From contig JBLFXO010000001.1 in assembly GCA_047609865.1 (NCBI GenBank), forward strand, positions 1-42,437: DNA of 42,437 nt, read 5' to 3'. The stretch comes from Arenicella sp. Its GTDB lineage: Bacteria; Bacteroidota; Bacteroidia; Flavobacteriales_D; Crocinitomicaceae. Every line of letters starts with the position of its first letter. Within the stretch, counting starts at the first letter, position 1. The notes beneath the pieces were generated by a model, which was given only the letters and a program-made list of their open reading frames with translations, was not told the DNA's origin and searched no databases. The translations under genes were made by a program, and so were the position numbers. Below are positions 17,671-27,955 of this stretch, one piece after another.

Positions 17671-17934
17671 TTATTCTGAATCAGTCATCTTCGAAGATAC
17701 ATCAGGACATTTCTCAGCTAAAGCTTCAGACCAACCTTCATCAGCGAATGTTTCACCCGTATAAGATTCATTGATTTGAACGTCACATTCAAAGTAGTTG
17801 ATATCAAAATCTCCAAACTCATCTGCTTCCATACAATCGCAGAAATCATTTGCGGCTTTACCTTGGTCATCTGTATATCCTCCGCAAGAAGCTAAAACTA
17901 AACCAGTGGCAATAATCATTAATCCTTTTTTCAT
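17671..17934 (-). CDS. Small acidic Cys-containing lipoprotein
   Basis: Lipobox LASC; CDC plus two further Cys. Confidence 0.75.
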   Translation of the reverse strand: MKKGLMIIATGLVLASCGGYTDDQGKAANDFCDCMEADEFGDFDINYFECDVQINESYTGETFADEGWSEALAEKCPDVSSKMTDSE

Positions 17935-17995
17935 AATCTTTTTTTATTTCTTTTGGGCTATTGGCACTAAAATAGTGATTTTATCTCAACAATTT

Positions 17996-18295
17996 CTAAG
18001 TTAAGTGAACAGCATCAATTATTGGAATTCCAGAAACCTGATTGATTTTCTCTACAATTTTTGATCTCTGTTGCATCAATTCATCTCTCATTACGCTTGA
18101 ATTCATATGTAAATAGAGTGTTCTATTCCTAATATACTTTTTCTCTGTCCGCTTGGCTACGGCCGAACCCATGATCTCCTCCCACTTAGCAAGAACGGAT
18201 GCTTCATGCATTTTTGCATCAATGCCCATAGCTTGTAAAAAACTCTGAACAGAGGTCTTCATTGACTTACCGTCTTTATATCTAGAGTCTTCCAA
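17996..18295 (-). CDS. DUF721/DciA-family protein
   Basis: KWEEIMG, SSVMRDEL motifs; overlaps the recF 3' end. Confidence 0.85.
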   Translation of the reverse strand: MEDSRYKDGKSMKTSVQSFLQAMGIDAKMHEASVLAKWEEIMGSAVAKRTEKKYIRNRTLYLHMNSSVMRDELMQQRSKIVEKINQVSGIPIIDAVHLT

Positions 18296-19385
18296 CGGAA
18301 CCCTCCTCTACTTTAAATACAAACTTCTCAATGTCAATTTCACTGAACACTTTATCAATTCTATCAACATCAGTATCAGTAATGAATACCTGACCAAACG
18401 CATGATCTGAAACTAATTTCATCAAATGCTCTACTCGGTGATGATCCAACTTATCAAAAATATCATCTAACAAAAGAATGGGCTTCATTTCAAGCAGAGA
18501 ACTAATCATTTCAAACTGCGCCAGTTTCAGGGCGATTAAAAAAGACTTTTGCTGACCTTGCGAACCGAATTTTTTAATAGGCTGTTCATGTATTAAAAAT
18601 GTCAAGTCATCTTTATGAATTCCAACGGTACTATAACCAACAGCTGAATCTTTTCTCTTTGCCAACTCTATCTTCTCTGCAAAGCTACCTTCGCTCAACT
18701 GTGATTCATACGTAATTGAAATAACCTCTTGCTTATTAGAAATCAAGTCAAAGTATTTTTGAAAGATCGGAATAAAATCGGCCAAGAATTGAGATCGCTT
18801 TTCATAAATTGTAATTCCTAAGTCTATCAACTGCGCATCCCAAACCTCAATACTTTCTTGATCAAAAATTCGAAGTTCTTGAAATTGCTTCAATAAAGCA
18901 TTTCTTTGTTGTAAGACCTTGTTGTATCTGATTAAGGCATCTAAGTAAAAACGATCGTATTGAGAGATTATACTGTCAATAAACTTTCTTCTCGTCTCGC
19001 TTCCTTCAATAATTAAGTTGGTATCGTAAGGAGAAATAACCACTGCAGGAAATTGACCAATATGTTCTGCCAACTTCTCATATTCTTTCTTGTTTTTCTT
19101 AACCTTCTTCTTTTGCCCTTGCTGAACAGAGATACTGATATCAGTTTTCTTTTCATCCTTCATGTATTTAGAAGACAACAAAAAGAATTTCTCCTCTAAC
19201 TTGATATTCTGCTTATCCACTGGATTCAGAAATGACTTACAAAAGGATAAATAATAAATGGCGTCCAAGATGTTTGTTTTGCCCTGACCATTATTACCAA
19301 CAAAGACATTTATCTCTGAGCTCAATTGAATGGTGGCTTCAGTATAATTCTTAAAATTAACAAGAGATAGAGTGTCCAGATGCAT
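18282..19385 (-). CDS. recF: DNA replication/repair protein RecF
   Basis: NFKNY, GNNGQGKTN, GSQGQQKS, LLLDDIFDKLD. Confidence 0.97.
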   Translation of the reverse strand: MHLDTLSLVNFKNYTEATIQLSSEINVFVGNNGQGKTNILDAIYYLSFCKSFLNPVDKQNIKLEEKFFLLSSKYMKDEKKTDISISVQQGQKKKVKKNKKEYEKLAEHIGQFPAVVISPYDTNLIIEGSETRRKFIDSIISQYDRFYLDALIRYNKVLQQRNALLKQFQELRIFDQESIEVWDAQLIDLGITIYEKRSQFLADFIPIFQKYFDLISNKQEVISITYESQLSEGSFAEKIELAKRKDSAVGYSTVGIHKDDLTFLIHEQPIKKFGSQGQQKSFLIALKLAQFEMISSLLEMKPILLLDDIFDKLDHHRVEHLMKLVSDHAFGQVFITDTDVDRIDKVFSEIDIEKFVFKVEEGSVGRL

Positions 19386-19487
19386 CTATGCGAAATTAAC
19401 AATTATCAATGAGCAATTATCAATTCCTAAACAAGTATTATCAAGGCTTAATTAACAATTTGAAAACTGAATCCTTATCTTTGAAAT

Positions 19488-19955
19488 ATGTATCAAGAAT
19501 TAAATCTACCCAAGAGTGAAGTCCGTCTGAAGGAGGATAAAATTTGGGATAGGTTACGTAAGAAATGGTACAAGTCAACTCCCGAAGAATGGGTTCGTCA
19601 AAACTTTATCAATTACCTCATTGAGAGTAAATTATTTCCTGAGGGAAGATTAGTCTCAGAGCATTTAGTGAAGTATAACGGAATGAACAAGCGTTGCGAC
19701 ATAGCCTTGTTTGGTAAAGACCTAAAAGTAAAAGTGATTGTAGAATGCAAAGCACCTAAGGTTAAACTTACTCAAGACACATTTTACCAAATAGCGAGAT
19801 ATAACAAAGTATTGATGGCATCATTACTAATTCTCACAAATGGAATTCAGCACTACTGTGCATTCATTGATTTAAAAAATAAGGAGATTAAATTTTTGCC
19901 TGAAATTCCAGATTTCGAAGAACTAGAAAAACTATTAAGTCAAAATGCTAGTTAG
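19488..19955 (+). CDS. Stand-alone type I restriction HsdR N-terminal domain protein
   Basis: TPEEWVRQ, RCDI, VECKAP, QIARYN, LTNG. Confidence 0.9.
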   Translation: MYQELNLPKSEVRLKEDKIWDRLRKKWYKSTPEEWVRQNFINYLIESKLFPEGRLVSEHLVKYNGMNKRCDIALFGKDLKVKVIVECKAPKVKLTQDTFYQIARYNKVLMASLLILTNGIQHYCAFIDLKNKEIKFLPEIPDFEELEKLLSQNAS

Positions 19956-20601
19956 AAATACGATATTTCCCTGATCCAAATCCTTTAATGAATTCTGACC
20001 AAGCGGCTGGATTCAACAGATTATTCATTGGTTGTTGACCTCTAGTGTATTGCTGCTGCATCATTTGCTGCTGAGAATTACTATAAGCAGATAAACCATC
20101 TGAAGACATTAAGGCGCCTACAAAAGCCATTTCTTGTTGAGTTAATCTTTTTCTCGCTCTTTTTAATGCATCATTCGGACTTTCCATGTTAACAAAAGCT
20201 TCAGCAAAAGCTTCTCTTGACGGCCAAGGATAAACATCTACTGGTTCAGACATGAGCGTATCAAACTTCATGACCTGAACTAAACTGAAAGCATCTAATT
20301 CTGTTGTATCAGAAATGATGTAAGTCTTCTTTTTATACCCTAAACAAGAGAACTGAATGGTATCTCCAGGATGAACCACAAGAGCGTAATACCCATAATA
20401 ATCAGCTATCACTCCTCTGCGAGTTGTCAAATCAATCACTTTTGTGAACGGAACCCTCATCATACTATCCGTAATAACGATTCCCGTCATTTGGATATAT
20501 TTTGATGTATCCTTTTGGGCAGCCGGAGAACTTTGTGACCAAGCCTGAGCCGCAAGGACCATAAAGCTAACTAATAAGCTATATTTTATTGATTTCAACA
20601 T
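19948..20601 (-). CDS. Secreted carboxypeptidase-regulatory-like domain protein
   Basis: Signal peptide; GVIADYYGYY..GDTIQFSCLGYK. Confidence 0.75.
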   Translation of the reverse strand: MLKSIKYSLLVSFMVLAAQAWSQSSPAAQKDTSKYIQMTGIVITDSMMRVPFTKVIDLTTRRGVIADYYGYYALVVHPGDTIQFSCLGYKKKTYIISDTTELDAFSLVQVMKFDTLMSEPVDVYPWPSREAFAEAFVNMESPNDALKRARKRLTQQEMAFVGALMSSDGLSAYSNSQQQMMQQQYTRGQQPMNNLLNPAAWSEFIKGFGSGKYRISN

Positions 20602-20750
20602 TCGCTACAAATATCCCTATAATATGCTTGCGGACAAAACATTTTAACAAAATTTAGAATCCTTTCTCAACCTAATGAGATTTATTGATTGATTCACATT
20701 CATTTTTATTAACTTTGCGGGAATTTATAAACGAAATAAATTCGAAAAAA

Positions 20751-22223
20751 ATGGGAATTTCTGATCTTAAAAATGTTACTGAGGGATTAACTTATGATGA
20801 TGTCCTATTAGTGCCTAGATACTCCGAAGTACTTCCTCATCAAGTTTCGCTCAAAACTCAATTCAGTAGAAACATCTTTCTAAATGCTCCGATTGTATCG
20901 GCAGCAATGGATACCGTTACGGAATCTGATTTAGCTATTGCTATCGCTCAGCAAGGTGGAATTGGGGTTGTTCATAAGAATATGTCAATTGAAGAACAGG
21001 CCTTACAAGTACGTAAAGTAAAAAGATCAGAGAGCGGAATGATACTGGATCCTATCACACTTGAAAGTGATGCAACTGTTTCAGACGCCCTAAAATTGAT
21101 GAAAGAAAATTCAATTGGCGGAATTCCTGTAGTTGATAAAGAGGATAAGTTAGTAGGGATCGTTACTAATAGAGATTTAAGGTTTGAAAAAGAATTGAAT
21201 ACTCCTATTGTTGATGTAATGACTTCAGAGAACATTGTCACCGCTTCAAAAGGAACAACACTGCAGGATGCAGAAAAAACACTTCAAGGATACAAGATTG
21301 AAAAATTACCTGTAGTTGATGATCACAACAAATTGATTGGCCTAATTACGTTTAGAGATATTATAAAAGTAAAAGAACATCCAAACTCATGCAAAGATCA
21401 ATTTGGAAGATTGAGAGTTGCAGCTGCCGTTGGTGTTACTAACGATACTATTGAAAGAGTTAATGCTTTGGTTGCAGCCGGAGTTGATGCCATTATTATT
21501 GACACTGCCCACGGGCATACTCAAGGTGTAGTTGTCAAACTAAAGGAAATTAAAGCGAAACATTCCGGAATTGATGTGGTTGTAGGGAATATTGCAACTC
21601 CAGAAGCTGCCAAATTTTTAGTTGATGCTGGAGCTGATGCTGTTAAAGTTGGAATTGGTCCTGGCTCTATTTGTACAACTAGAATTATTGCAGGTGTAGG
21701 TGTTCCTCAGTTGTCCGCAGTAAACAATGTAGCCCTAGCGCTAGAAGGAACAGGCGTTCCGGTAATTGCTGATGGGGGAATAAGATACACAGGAGATTTC
21801 GTAAAAGCCATTGCTGCTGGAGCTGATACAATCATGGTTGGTTCAATGTTTGCAGGCGTTAAAGAAAGTCCAGGTGAAACGATCATTTTTCAAGGACGAA
21901 AGTTTAAGACTTATAGAGGAATGGGATCTGTGGAGGCAATGCAGAAAGGATCTAAGGATAGATATTTTCAAGCTGAGGAAGATGATGACAAGAAATTAGT
22001 ACCCGAAGGAATTTCGGGAAGAGTGCCCTATAAAGGAGAACTTGCAGAGGTCATGCATCAGATTATTGGTGGAATTAGAGCTGGCATGGGATATTGTGGA
22101 TCTTCAGATATTTCCAACCTTAAGGGTGCGCCTTTCGTTAGAATTTCAAGCGCAGGTGTTCAAGAAAGTCATCCGCATGATGTAACGATTACAAGAGAAG
22201 CACCAAATTACAGTAAAAAATAA
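20751..22223 (+). CDS. guaB: IMP dehydrogenase
   Basis: [22 protein letters not shown] pair, [17 protein letters not shown]; ATG 20751 preferred (TAACTTTG at 20710-20717). Confidence 0.98.
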   Translation: MGISDLKNVTEGLTYDDVLLVPRYSEVLPHQVSLKTQFSRNIFLNAPIVSAAMDTVTESDLAIAIAQQGGIGVVHKNMSIEEQALQVRKVKRSESGMILDPITLESDATVSDALKLMKENSIGGIPVVDKEDKLVGIVTNRDLRFEKELNTPIVDVMTSENIVTASKGTTLQDAEKTLQGYKIEKLPVVDDHNKLIGLITFRDIIKVKEHPNSCKDQFGRLRVAAAVGVTNDTIERVNALVAAGVDAIIIDTAHGHTQGVVVKLKEIKAKHSGIDVVVGNIATPEAAKFLVDAGADAVKVGIGPGSICTTRIIAGVGVPQLSAVNNVALALEGTGVPVIADGGIRYTGDFVKAIAAGADTIMVGSMFAGVKESPGETIIFQGRKFKTYRGMGSVEAMQKGSKDRYFQAEEDDDKKLVPEGISGRVPYKGELAEVMHQIIGGIRAGMGYCGSSDISNLKGAPFVRISSAGVQESHPHDVTITREAPNYSKK

Positions 22224-22234
22224 TAAAACATTAA

Positions 22235-24217
22235 ATGAGAAAATTACAATTATTACTCGTAGCACTTATTTTAACAACAGTGTCATTCGCGCATGAAGAC
22301 GAAAAGGACCCAGTTGTTTTAACTATTGATGGTGAAGGAATTCATAAATCTGAGTTCTTATACATCTATACGAAAAACAATCCTAACCCCTCATATAAAA
22401 AGGATGATCTAGATGAGTACATGGAATTATTTATCAACTACAAGTTAAAAGTAGCTGAGGCAGAAAGATTGGGTTATGATACTATTCCGAAATTGAATTC
22501 AGAATTAGCTCAGTACAGAAAGCAATTGTCTTTACCTTATATGGTTGACAAAGAAAAGAATGAAGATCTCATTAAAGAAGCTTACGACCGAACTAAAAAT
22601 GAAGTAAGAGCCAGTCATATCTTAATAAGAGTGAAGCCAGATGCTACTCCTAAAGATTCATTAGCTGCGTATAATAAAATTATTGTTCTACGTGATAGAA
22701 TTCTTGCAGGAGAGAAATTTGGAGCAGTAGCGACAGGAAGAGGAGGCTCAGAAGATCCTTCAGCCAAAACTAATATGGGTGATTTAGGTTACTTCTCTGC
22801 ATTACAAATGGTATACGCTTTTGAAGACGCGGCTTTCAAAACACCGGTTGGTGAAGTTTCTATGCCTATCAGAACTAGGTTTGGTTATCATATCATCAAA
22901 ACAGATGACAAAAGAGCGTCAAAAGGAAAGATGAAAGGTGGTCATATCATGGTATTGTCTAATGAAACAATGACGGACAAAGAAAAAGGAGAAGCTGAGA
23001 AAAAAATCACTGAAATATATGACCTACTTGTTGAAGGACAAAAATTTGAAGATTTAGCTATTAAATACTCTGATGATCAATCTTCAAAATCTAAAGGTGG
23101 ACTTTTACCAATCTTTGGTGCTGGATCAAAACAAAGAATGGTTCCGGAATTTGAGGCAGCAGCGTTTGGGATTACAGAAGATGGGGGATATTCAAAACCA
23201 GTGAAAACTGCATACGGGTGGCACATCATTCAAAGAATTGAACTCCTACCTGTTGCATCATATGATGACATGTACAGAGAACTTAAGTTGAAAGTTGAAA
23301 AAGATATTAGAGCGCAATCAACTAAAGATTCATTCATCAATGGAATAAAAAAAGAATACGGTTTTAATGAAGGGCATTCAAATCATCTTTTAGCTGCATT
23401 CTACAACACAATGAATAACGATATTTTTCAAGGCAGATGGAAAGGGCTTGATTCTAAGGCCCACCATGATGAGATCTTATTCGAATTTAAAGATCAGTTT
23501 TTCACTGTTGTAGATTTTGAAAAGCACCTACTTAGGTTAAACTTACAAGGCGCTTCACAACCAATCAAACCTTTCATTGAAGGACAATACAAAGCTTGGT
23601 CTACAGGTGAATTGATGAGATATGAAGACAGCCAACTAGAATCAAAGTATCCTGAGTTCAAGTCTTTGATTCAGGAATATAGAGATGGAATCCTAGTTTT
23701 TGAAATCATGCAAAATGAAATTTGGAATAAAGCCTCTGAGGACACTACAGGAATTAAGAATTACTACGAAAAATACAGTACTGAGTTCACTTACCCTGTT
23801 AGATACAAAGGAGAATTATACAAGTGTAAGGACAAGGAGACTGCTAAGAAAGTCTATGCAATGGTTGAAGCCGATTCTTTGACTTTTGGACAAATTCAAG
23901 AAAAGATCAATGCTGATTCGCAATTAAACTTAGTTGTTAAAAAGCATACTTTCAATTCTGAGACTACTGAAGCCTTCAAAAAAGGAAAGAAGGCAAGAAA
24001 ATTCAAGGCTGGATTGAATAAAATCTTCGTTCGAAATGATGAATACTATGTTCTTAAGGTGGATGAAATTCTTCAACCTAGAAATAGAGAATTCAAAGAA
24101 GCTAAAGGTTTAGTTACCGCGGCTTACCAAAATCAATTAGAAAAAGATTGGCTTGCTGGCCTTAGAAAAAGCCATAAGATTGAAGTGCAGGAAGCACTTT
24201 ATGATGTGGGGAAATAA
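22235..24217 (+). CDS. Parvulin/SurA-like peptidyl-prolyl isomerase
   Basis: Signal peptide; RASHILI, GDLGYF, FGYHIIK; two PpiC domains. Confidence 0.9.
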   Translation: MRKLQLLLVALILTTVSFAHEDEKDPVVLTIDGEGIHKSEFLYIYTKNNPNPSYKKDDLDEYMELFINYKLKVAEAERLGYDTIPKLNSELAQYRKQLSLPYMVDKEKNEDLIKEAYDRTKNEVRASHILIRVKPDATPKDSLAAYNKIIVLRDRILAGEKFGAVATGRGGSEDPSAKTNMGDLGYFSALQMVYAFEDAAFKTPVGEVSMPIRTRFGYHIIKTDDKRASKGKMKGGHIMVLSNETMTDKEKGEAEKKITEIYDLLVEGQKFEDLAIKYSDDQSSKSKGGLLPIFGAGSKQRMVPEFEAAAFGITEDGGYSKPVKTAYGWHIIQRIELLPVASYDDMYRELKLKVEKDIRAQSTKDSFINGIKKEYGFNEGHSNHLLAAFYNTMNNDIFQGRWKGLDSKAHHDEILFEFKDQFFTVVDFEKHLLRLNLQGASQPIKPFIEGQYKAWSTGELMRYEDSQLESKYPEFKSLIQEYRDGILVFEIMQNEIWNKASEDTTGIKNYYEKYSTEFTYPVRYKGELYKCKDKETAKKVYAMVEADSLTFGQIQEKINADSQLNLVVKKHTFNSETTEAFKKGKKARKFKAGLNKIFVRNDEYYVLKVDEILQPRNREFKEAKGLVTAAYQNQLEKDWLAGLRKSHKIEVQEALYDVGK

Positions 24218-24236
24218 TAAAATTTGTTAAGGATTT

Positions 24237-24276
24237 AAAGCCAAACGACTTTTAAGTGCGTTTGGCTTTTTTTTTT
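24237..24276 (+). terminator. Intrinsic terminator
   Basis: aaagccaaacg...cgtttggcttt followed by a T-run. Confidence 0.8.
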
Positions 24277-24291
24277 ATCTACATTTGAATA

Positions 24292-25134
24292 ATGCTTAAG
24301 TATTCTACACTTTTTGCGCTGGTAATTATACTCTCTGCCTGCTCCTCTGGAGAAGACAAGGGTAAGCTTTTGGCAAAAGTATTTGAAAGTGAATTGTACC
24401 AAAGTGATTTAAATTATCTATTTCGAAACAAAGACTATGCTAAAGAGGATAGTGTCGCAATTGCACAAAGCTTTGTGGATGAATGGGTAAAGTCAGAAAT
24501 TTTAGTGCACGAAGCATCAATGAATGACAAAATTGATATCGGAAGCATTGAAAAAAAGACGGAAGGAATAAAGAATGACTTGATTGTCATGGAACTTGAA
24601 CAAGTACTGGTAGATGAACAGTTGGATACAGCTGTATCAAAAGAAGAAGTTCAAAAGTATTATGATAGCCATTTACAAGATTTTGAATTGAACGATTATC
24701 TTGTTAAGGTACTCTACTTAAAGGTTCCGGGTGATGCACCTAATATTGATAAAATAGGGAGTCATTATAAATTGTATAACGAAAAGGATATCAATGAAAT
24801 TGACAAGTACGCCCAGCTTTATGCTTCGAATTATTATTATGACGAAGAAAACTGGATCTACTTTGATGATTTGTTAAAAGAGATACCTTTGCAAGACATT
24901 AATAAGGATCGATTCATAATGAAAAGGTCAAAAATTCGTTTTGAAGAAAACGGAAATTACTATTTCTTGAACATCATTGATTATAAGCTGAAGAATACAA
25001 CTTCACCTATAAGCTTTGAAAGAGGGAATATTAAAGAAAGAATCATTCACACCCGTGTGATGGAACTTAGAGAACAGATAAAGAATGAAATTATTTCAAA
25101 AGCATATGATGAAAATGCAGTCACAACTTTTTAA
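24292..25134 (+). CDS. Lipoprotein of the Bacteroidota PPIase/SurA cluster
   Basis: Lipobox LSAC; position between two PPIase genes. Confidence 0.75.
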   Translation: MLKYSTLFALVIILSACSSGEDKGKLLAKVFESELYQSDLNYLFRNKDYAKEDSVAIAQSFVDEWVKSEILVHEASMNDKIDIGSIEKKTEGIKNDLIVMELEQVLVDEQLDTAVSKEEVQKYYDSHLQDFELNDYLVKVLYLKVPGDAPNIDKIGSHYKLYNEKDINEIDKYAQLYASNYYYDEENWIYFDDLLKEIPLQDINKDRFIMKRSKIRFEENGNYYFLNIIDYKLKNTTSPISFERGNIKERIIHTRVMELREQIKNEIISKAYDENAVTTF

Positions 25135-26500
25135 GAGCACATTGCTTTTAACCGGATTATTCTTCTTGATACCAAGTATTCATTGCTTTGCGCAAGAACT
25201 TAAACCAATCGATAAAATTATCGCCAAAGTAGGTGAAGAGTATATTTTACTTTCTGATATCCAGAATCAAAAGTTATCTCTTAAGCAAAACAACATGGCA
25301 GTATCTAGTGCTATGGATTGCGAAATCATTGAAGGTTTGATGTACGAAAAGCTTCTAACAAATCAAGCAGTGATCGACTCTGTAGAAGTTGGAGATGAAA
25401 TTGTACACCAAGAAATGGAAAGTCGTTTGCAAGTGATAGCGCAGCAAATTGGGTCTATGGATAGATTGGAAGAATTCTATGGAAAATCAGTCGCTCAGAT
25501 TAAAGCAGAGTTTTTTGAGGTGATTAAAAAGAGAATGCAAGCCGAACGAATGAAGGAAGAAGTTACGGCAGCAGTTGATGTGACACCAAAAGAGGTGAAA
25601 GAGTTTTACAACGCATTACCAAAAGACAGCATCCCTTATATTAACTCTAAGATTACTGTTGCTCAAATCGTAATGTATCCGAAACTGACTGATAAGGATA
25701 AAGAAACAGCAAAGAAAGCTATAGAGGAAAGTAAAGAAAGAGTCACTTCTGGTGCTCGTTCATTTCAAACTGAAGCAGTTCTTAATTCAATGGATCCAGG
25801 ATCTGCAGTTCAAGGAGGAGATTTGGGATGGCAAACGAAAGGAACAATGGTTCCTGAATTTGAAGCGGCAATTTTCAAGTTAGAAGAATCTGAAATTTCT
25901 CCAATTTTTGAAACTCAATATGGCTTTCACTTTCTTCAGTTGTTAGATAGAAAAGGTGACAACTATCATGTAAGACACATCTTAATCTCTCCCGAAGTTG
26001 ACAAGACAGCTCTTTTGACAACTAAAAAGAGAATGGACAGCATCTATACTGAAATCAATGCTGGAACTATCACTTTTGAAGCTGCGGCACTCAAATTCAG
26101 TGACGATTTAAAGTCAAATACTAATGGGGGTAAAATTGTAAATCCTTATTCAGGAGATTACAAATGGGATCTTCAAAATATAAATGAGATTGATCCGCAG
26201 ATGTCACGTTTTATTGAGCGTCTAAACATTGAAGAATTAGCTCCTGCTTCTCTTTACGACAACTACTTTGACCAAAAACAAGGAGTTAGAATCGTGAAAT
26301 TATTAGGAAAGTCTAAACCGCACCTTGCGAATTTGGATGATGATTACCAACTGATTCAAATGGCTGCTCTAAATGAGAAAAAAGAGGAAGTAATTGATGC
26401 TTGGGTAAAATCTAAAATCAGTGGGAATTACATCTGGATTCTCGAAGCTTACGCGACTAAGTGTGAGTTCAAACATGAATGGGTGAAAAAAGGTATCTAA
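25106..26500 (+). CDS. surA: SurA-like peptidyl-prolyl isomerase/chaperone (start among ATGs 25085-25115)
   Basis: IDKIIAKVG, DPGS..GGDLGW, MVPEFEAA, YGFHFLQL, RHILI. Confidence 0.85.
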   Translation: MMKMQSQLFKSTLLLTGLFFLIPSIHCFAQELKPIDKIIAKVGEEYILLSDIQNQKLSLKQNNMAVSSAMDCEIIEGLMYEKLLTNQAVIDSVEVGDEIVHQEMESRLQVIAQQIGSMDRLEEFYGKSVAQIKAEFFEVIKKRMQAERMKEEVTAAVDVTPKEVKEFYNALPKDSIPYINSKITVAQIVMYPKLTDKDKETAKKAIEESKERVTSGARSFQTEAVLNSMDPGSAVQGGDLGWQTKGTMVPEFEAAIFKLEESEISPIFETQYGFHFLQLLDRKGDNYHVRHILISPEVDKTALLTTKKRMDSIYTEINAGTITFEAAALKFSDDLKSNTNGGKIVNPYSGDYKWDLQNINEIDPQMSRFIERLNIEELAPASLYDNYFDQKQGVRIVKLLGKSKPHLANLDDDYQLIQMAALNEKKEEVIDAWVKSKISGNYIWILEAYATKCEFKHEWVKKGI

Positions 26501-26580
26501 GTTTAAAAGCGATAATTATTTCAACTTAAATTTCTGTTAATTTATTTTCGTATTGATTTGATATCGATACCTTGCTAGCC

Positions 26581-27024
26581 ATGCGAGCCAAAATCATTAA
26601 AATTTCAACTGTTATTCTTTTCATTGGGCTCATCTCCACTTTTGTTAGCTACAAATCTCACAAAAAATCCGGTGGAATTTCTGACCAAATTGAAATAGAA
26701 AATCATGCTGGTAATTTGAATGATGTCCTAGAATTACCAGATTCAATCAATAATCCTTTTGATTCCACGAGCTCTTCACGACTATCTAATTCAATTGCAA
26801 ACCTTCAAAGAATAGAAGCCCTTAATGAAGTTCAATTAGAAGTTTCACCGATAATCGACTGGGAAAGAACCAGTACAAATAATGATTTTCGTGCATTCAG
26901 CTCTAAAACTCTTATGGTCTTTGATTCGGACGATATATTTCCGTTGACACCTTCAACCCATCCTCCTTCAACTATATATGGAGACTCTATAGTCAAACTT
27001 CAGGACTCAATAACGATTAAATAG
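26581..27024 (+). CDS. Hypothetical protein with N-terminal membrane anchor
   Basis: Hydrophobic N-terminus; ends 3 bp before the desaturase start. Confidence 0.6.
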   Translation: MRAKIIKISTVILFIGLISTFVSYKSHKKSGGISDQIEIENHAGNLNDVLELPDSINNPFDSTSSSRLSNSIANLQRIEALNEVQLEVSPIIDWERTSTNNDFRAFSSKTLMVFDSDDIFPLTPSTHPPSTIYGDSIVKLQDSITIK

Positions 27025-27027
27025 CAG

Positions 27028-27837
27028 ATGTCAATTTACTTCTTAGGATCATTAATTGCTACAGGTTTAAGTTTAATTTTTTTGGTTACTGTATTTGTGC
27101 CTATGGAGAAGGTTTTTCCGGCTAAAAAGAATCAGAAAATATTACGTCCCCATTGGATGGTGGATTTATCTTTTTTTCTTGGCCAATATTTAATCTGGAG
27201 CGCTTTAGTCTTGTGGTGTCTTGATTACTTTGAGTTATACCTTACCTCCATTACACCGCTTGAAATTAAAATATGGACCTCAAACCAAAACTTTTTATTG
27301 CAGGCTTTTCTGGTTTTAATTTTAAGTGATTTCCTCATTTACTGGGCCCACCGATTACAGCATAAAGTAAACTTTTTATGGCGTTTTCATAAAGTCCATC
27401 ACAGTGCTCAGCATTTAGACTGGCTGGCTTCTTACCGAGAGCACCCCCTCGATTCAATTTATACTATTGGAATTATAAATTTACCCGCCATGGCATTGGG
27501 CTTTCCTTTAGAAGCAATTGCAGGAATAATTGCATTCAGGGGGATTTGGGCAATTTACATCCATTCAAATGTTCGATTACCAATTGGTCCTTTACGAATT
27601 TTGATAGGTGCTCCAGAACTACATCACTGGCATCACGATTTAAATAGAAAAGCGGGTAACTACGCGAATATATCTCCCATTATGGATGTTGTTTTTGGGA
27701 CTTATAAGTGCCCCGACAAGGAACCTGAAAAATTTGGAATTAAAGAAGAAACTCCCAACACCTATGTTGGTCAGATGATAGAACCTATGTTGCCGAAGAA
27801 AATTTGGGCTTTTCTTAATAAAAAGAAAAAACTATAA
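27028..27837 (+). CDS. Sterol desaturase/fatty-acid hydroxylase family protein
   Basis: His boxes HRLQH, HKVHHS, HSN, HHWHH. Confidence 0.93.
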   Translation: MSIYFLGSLIATGLSLIFLVTVFVPMEKVFPAKKNQKILRPHWMVDLSFFLGQYLIWSALVLWCLDYFELYLTSITPLEIKIWTSNQNFLLQAFLVLILSDFLIYWAHRLQHKVNFLWRFHKVHHSAQHLDWLASYREHPLDSIYTIGIINLPAMALGFPLEAIAGIIAFRGIWAIYIHSNVRLPIGPLRILIGAPELHHWHHDLNRKAGNYANISPIMDVVFGTYKCPDKEPEKFGIKEETPNTYVGQMIEPMLPKKIWAFLNKKKKL

Positions 27838-27955
27838 GATTCATACTCGATCATTTTTCAAATCAAGTAGTTATCATTACTTTTTAAAAGTTCATACTTT
27901 AATAAAATGAAGAGTTGATTGTAACAAATCCAACAGCTCCTTGTTTTACTACTGA

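Noticed and set aside
19401-19425. aattatc-aatgagc-aattatc heptamer run upstream of recF
   Set aside because: Only about three degenerate AT-rich units; too weak to call an element
19488-19955. Type I restriction-modification defence system
   Set aside because: Only the orphan HsdR N-terminal domain, which is common in Bacteroidota; no hsdM, hsdS or motor domain
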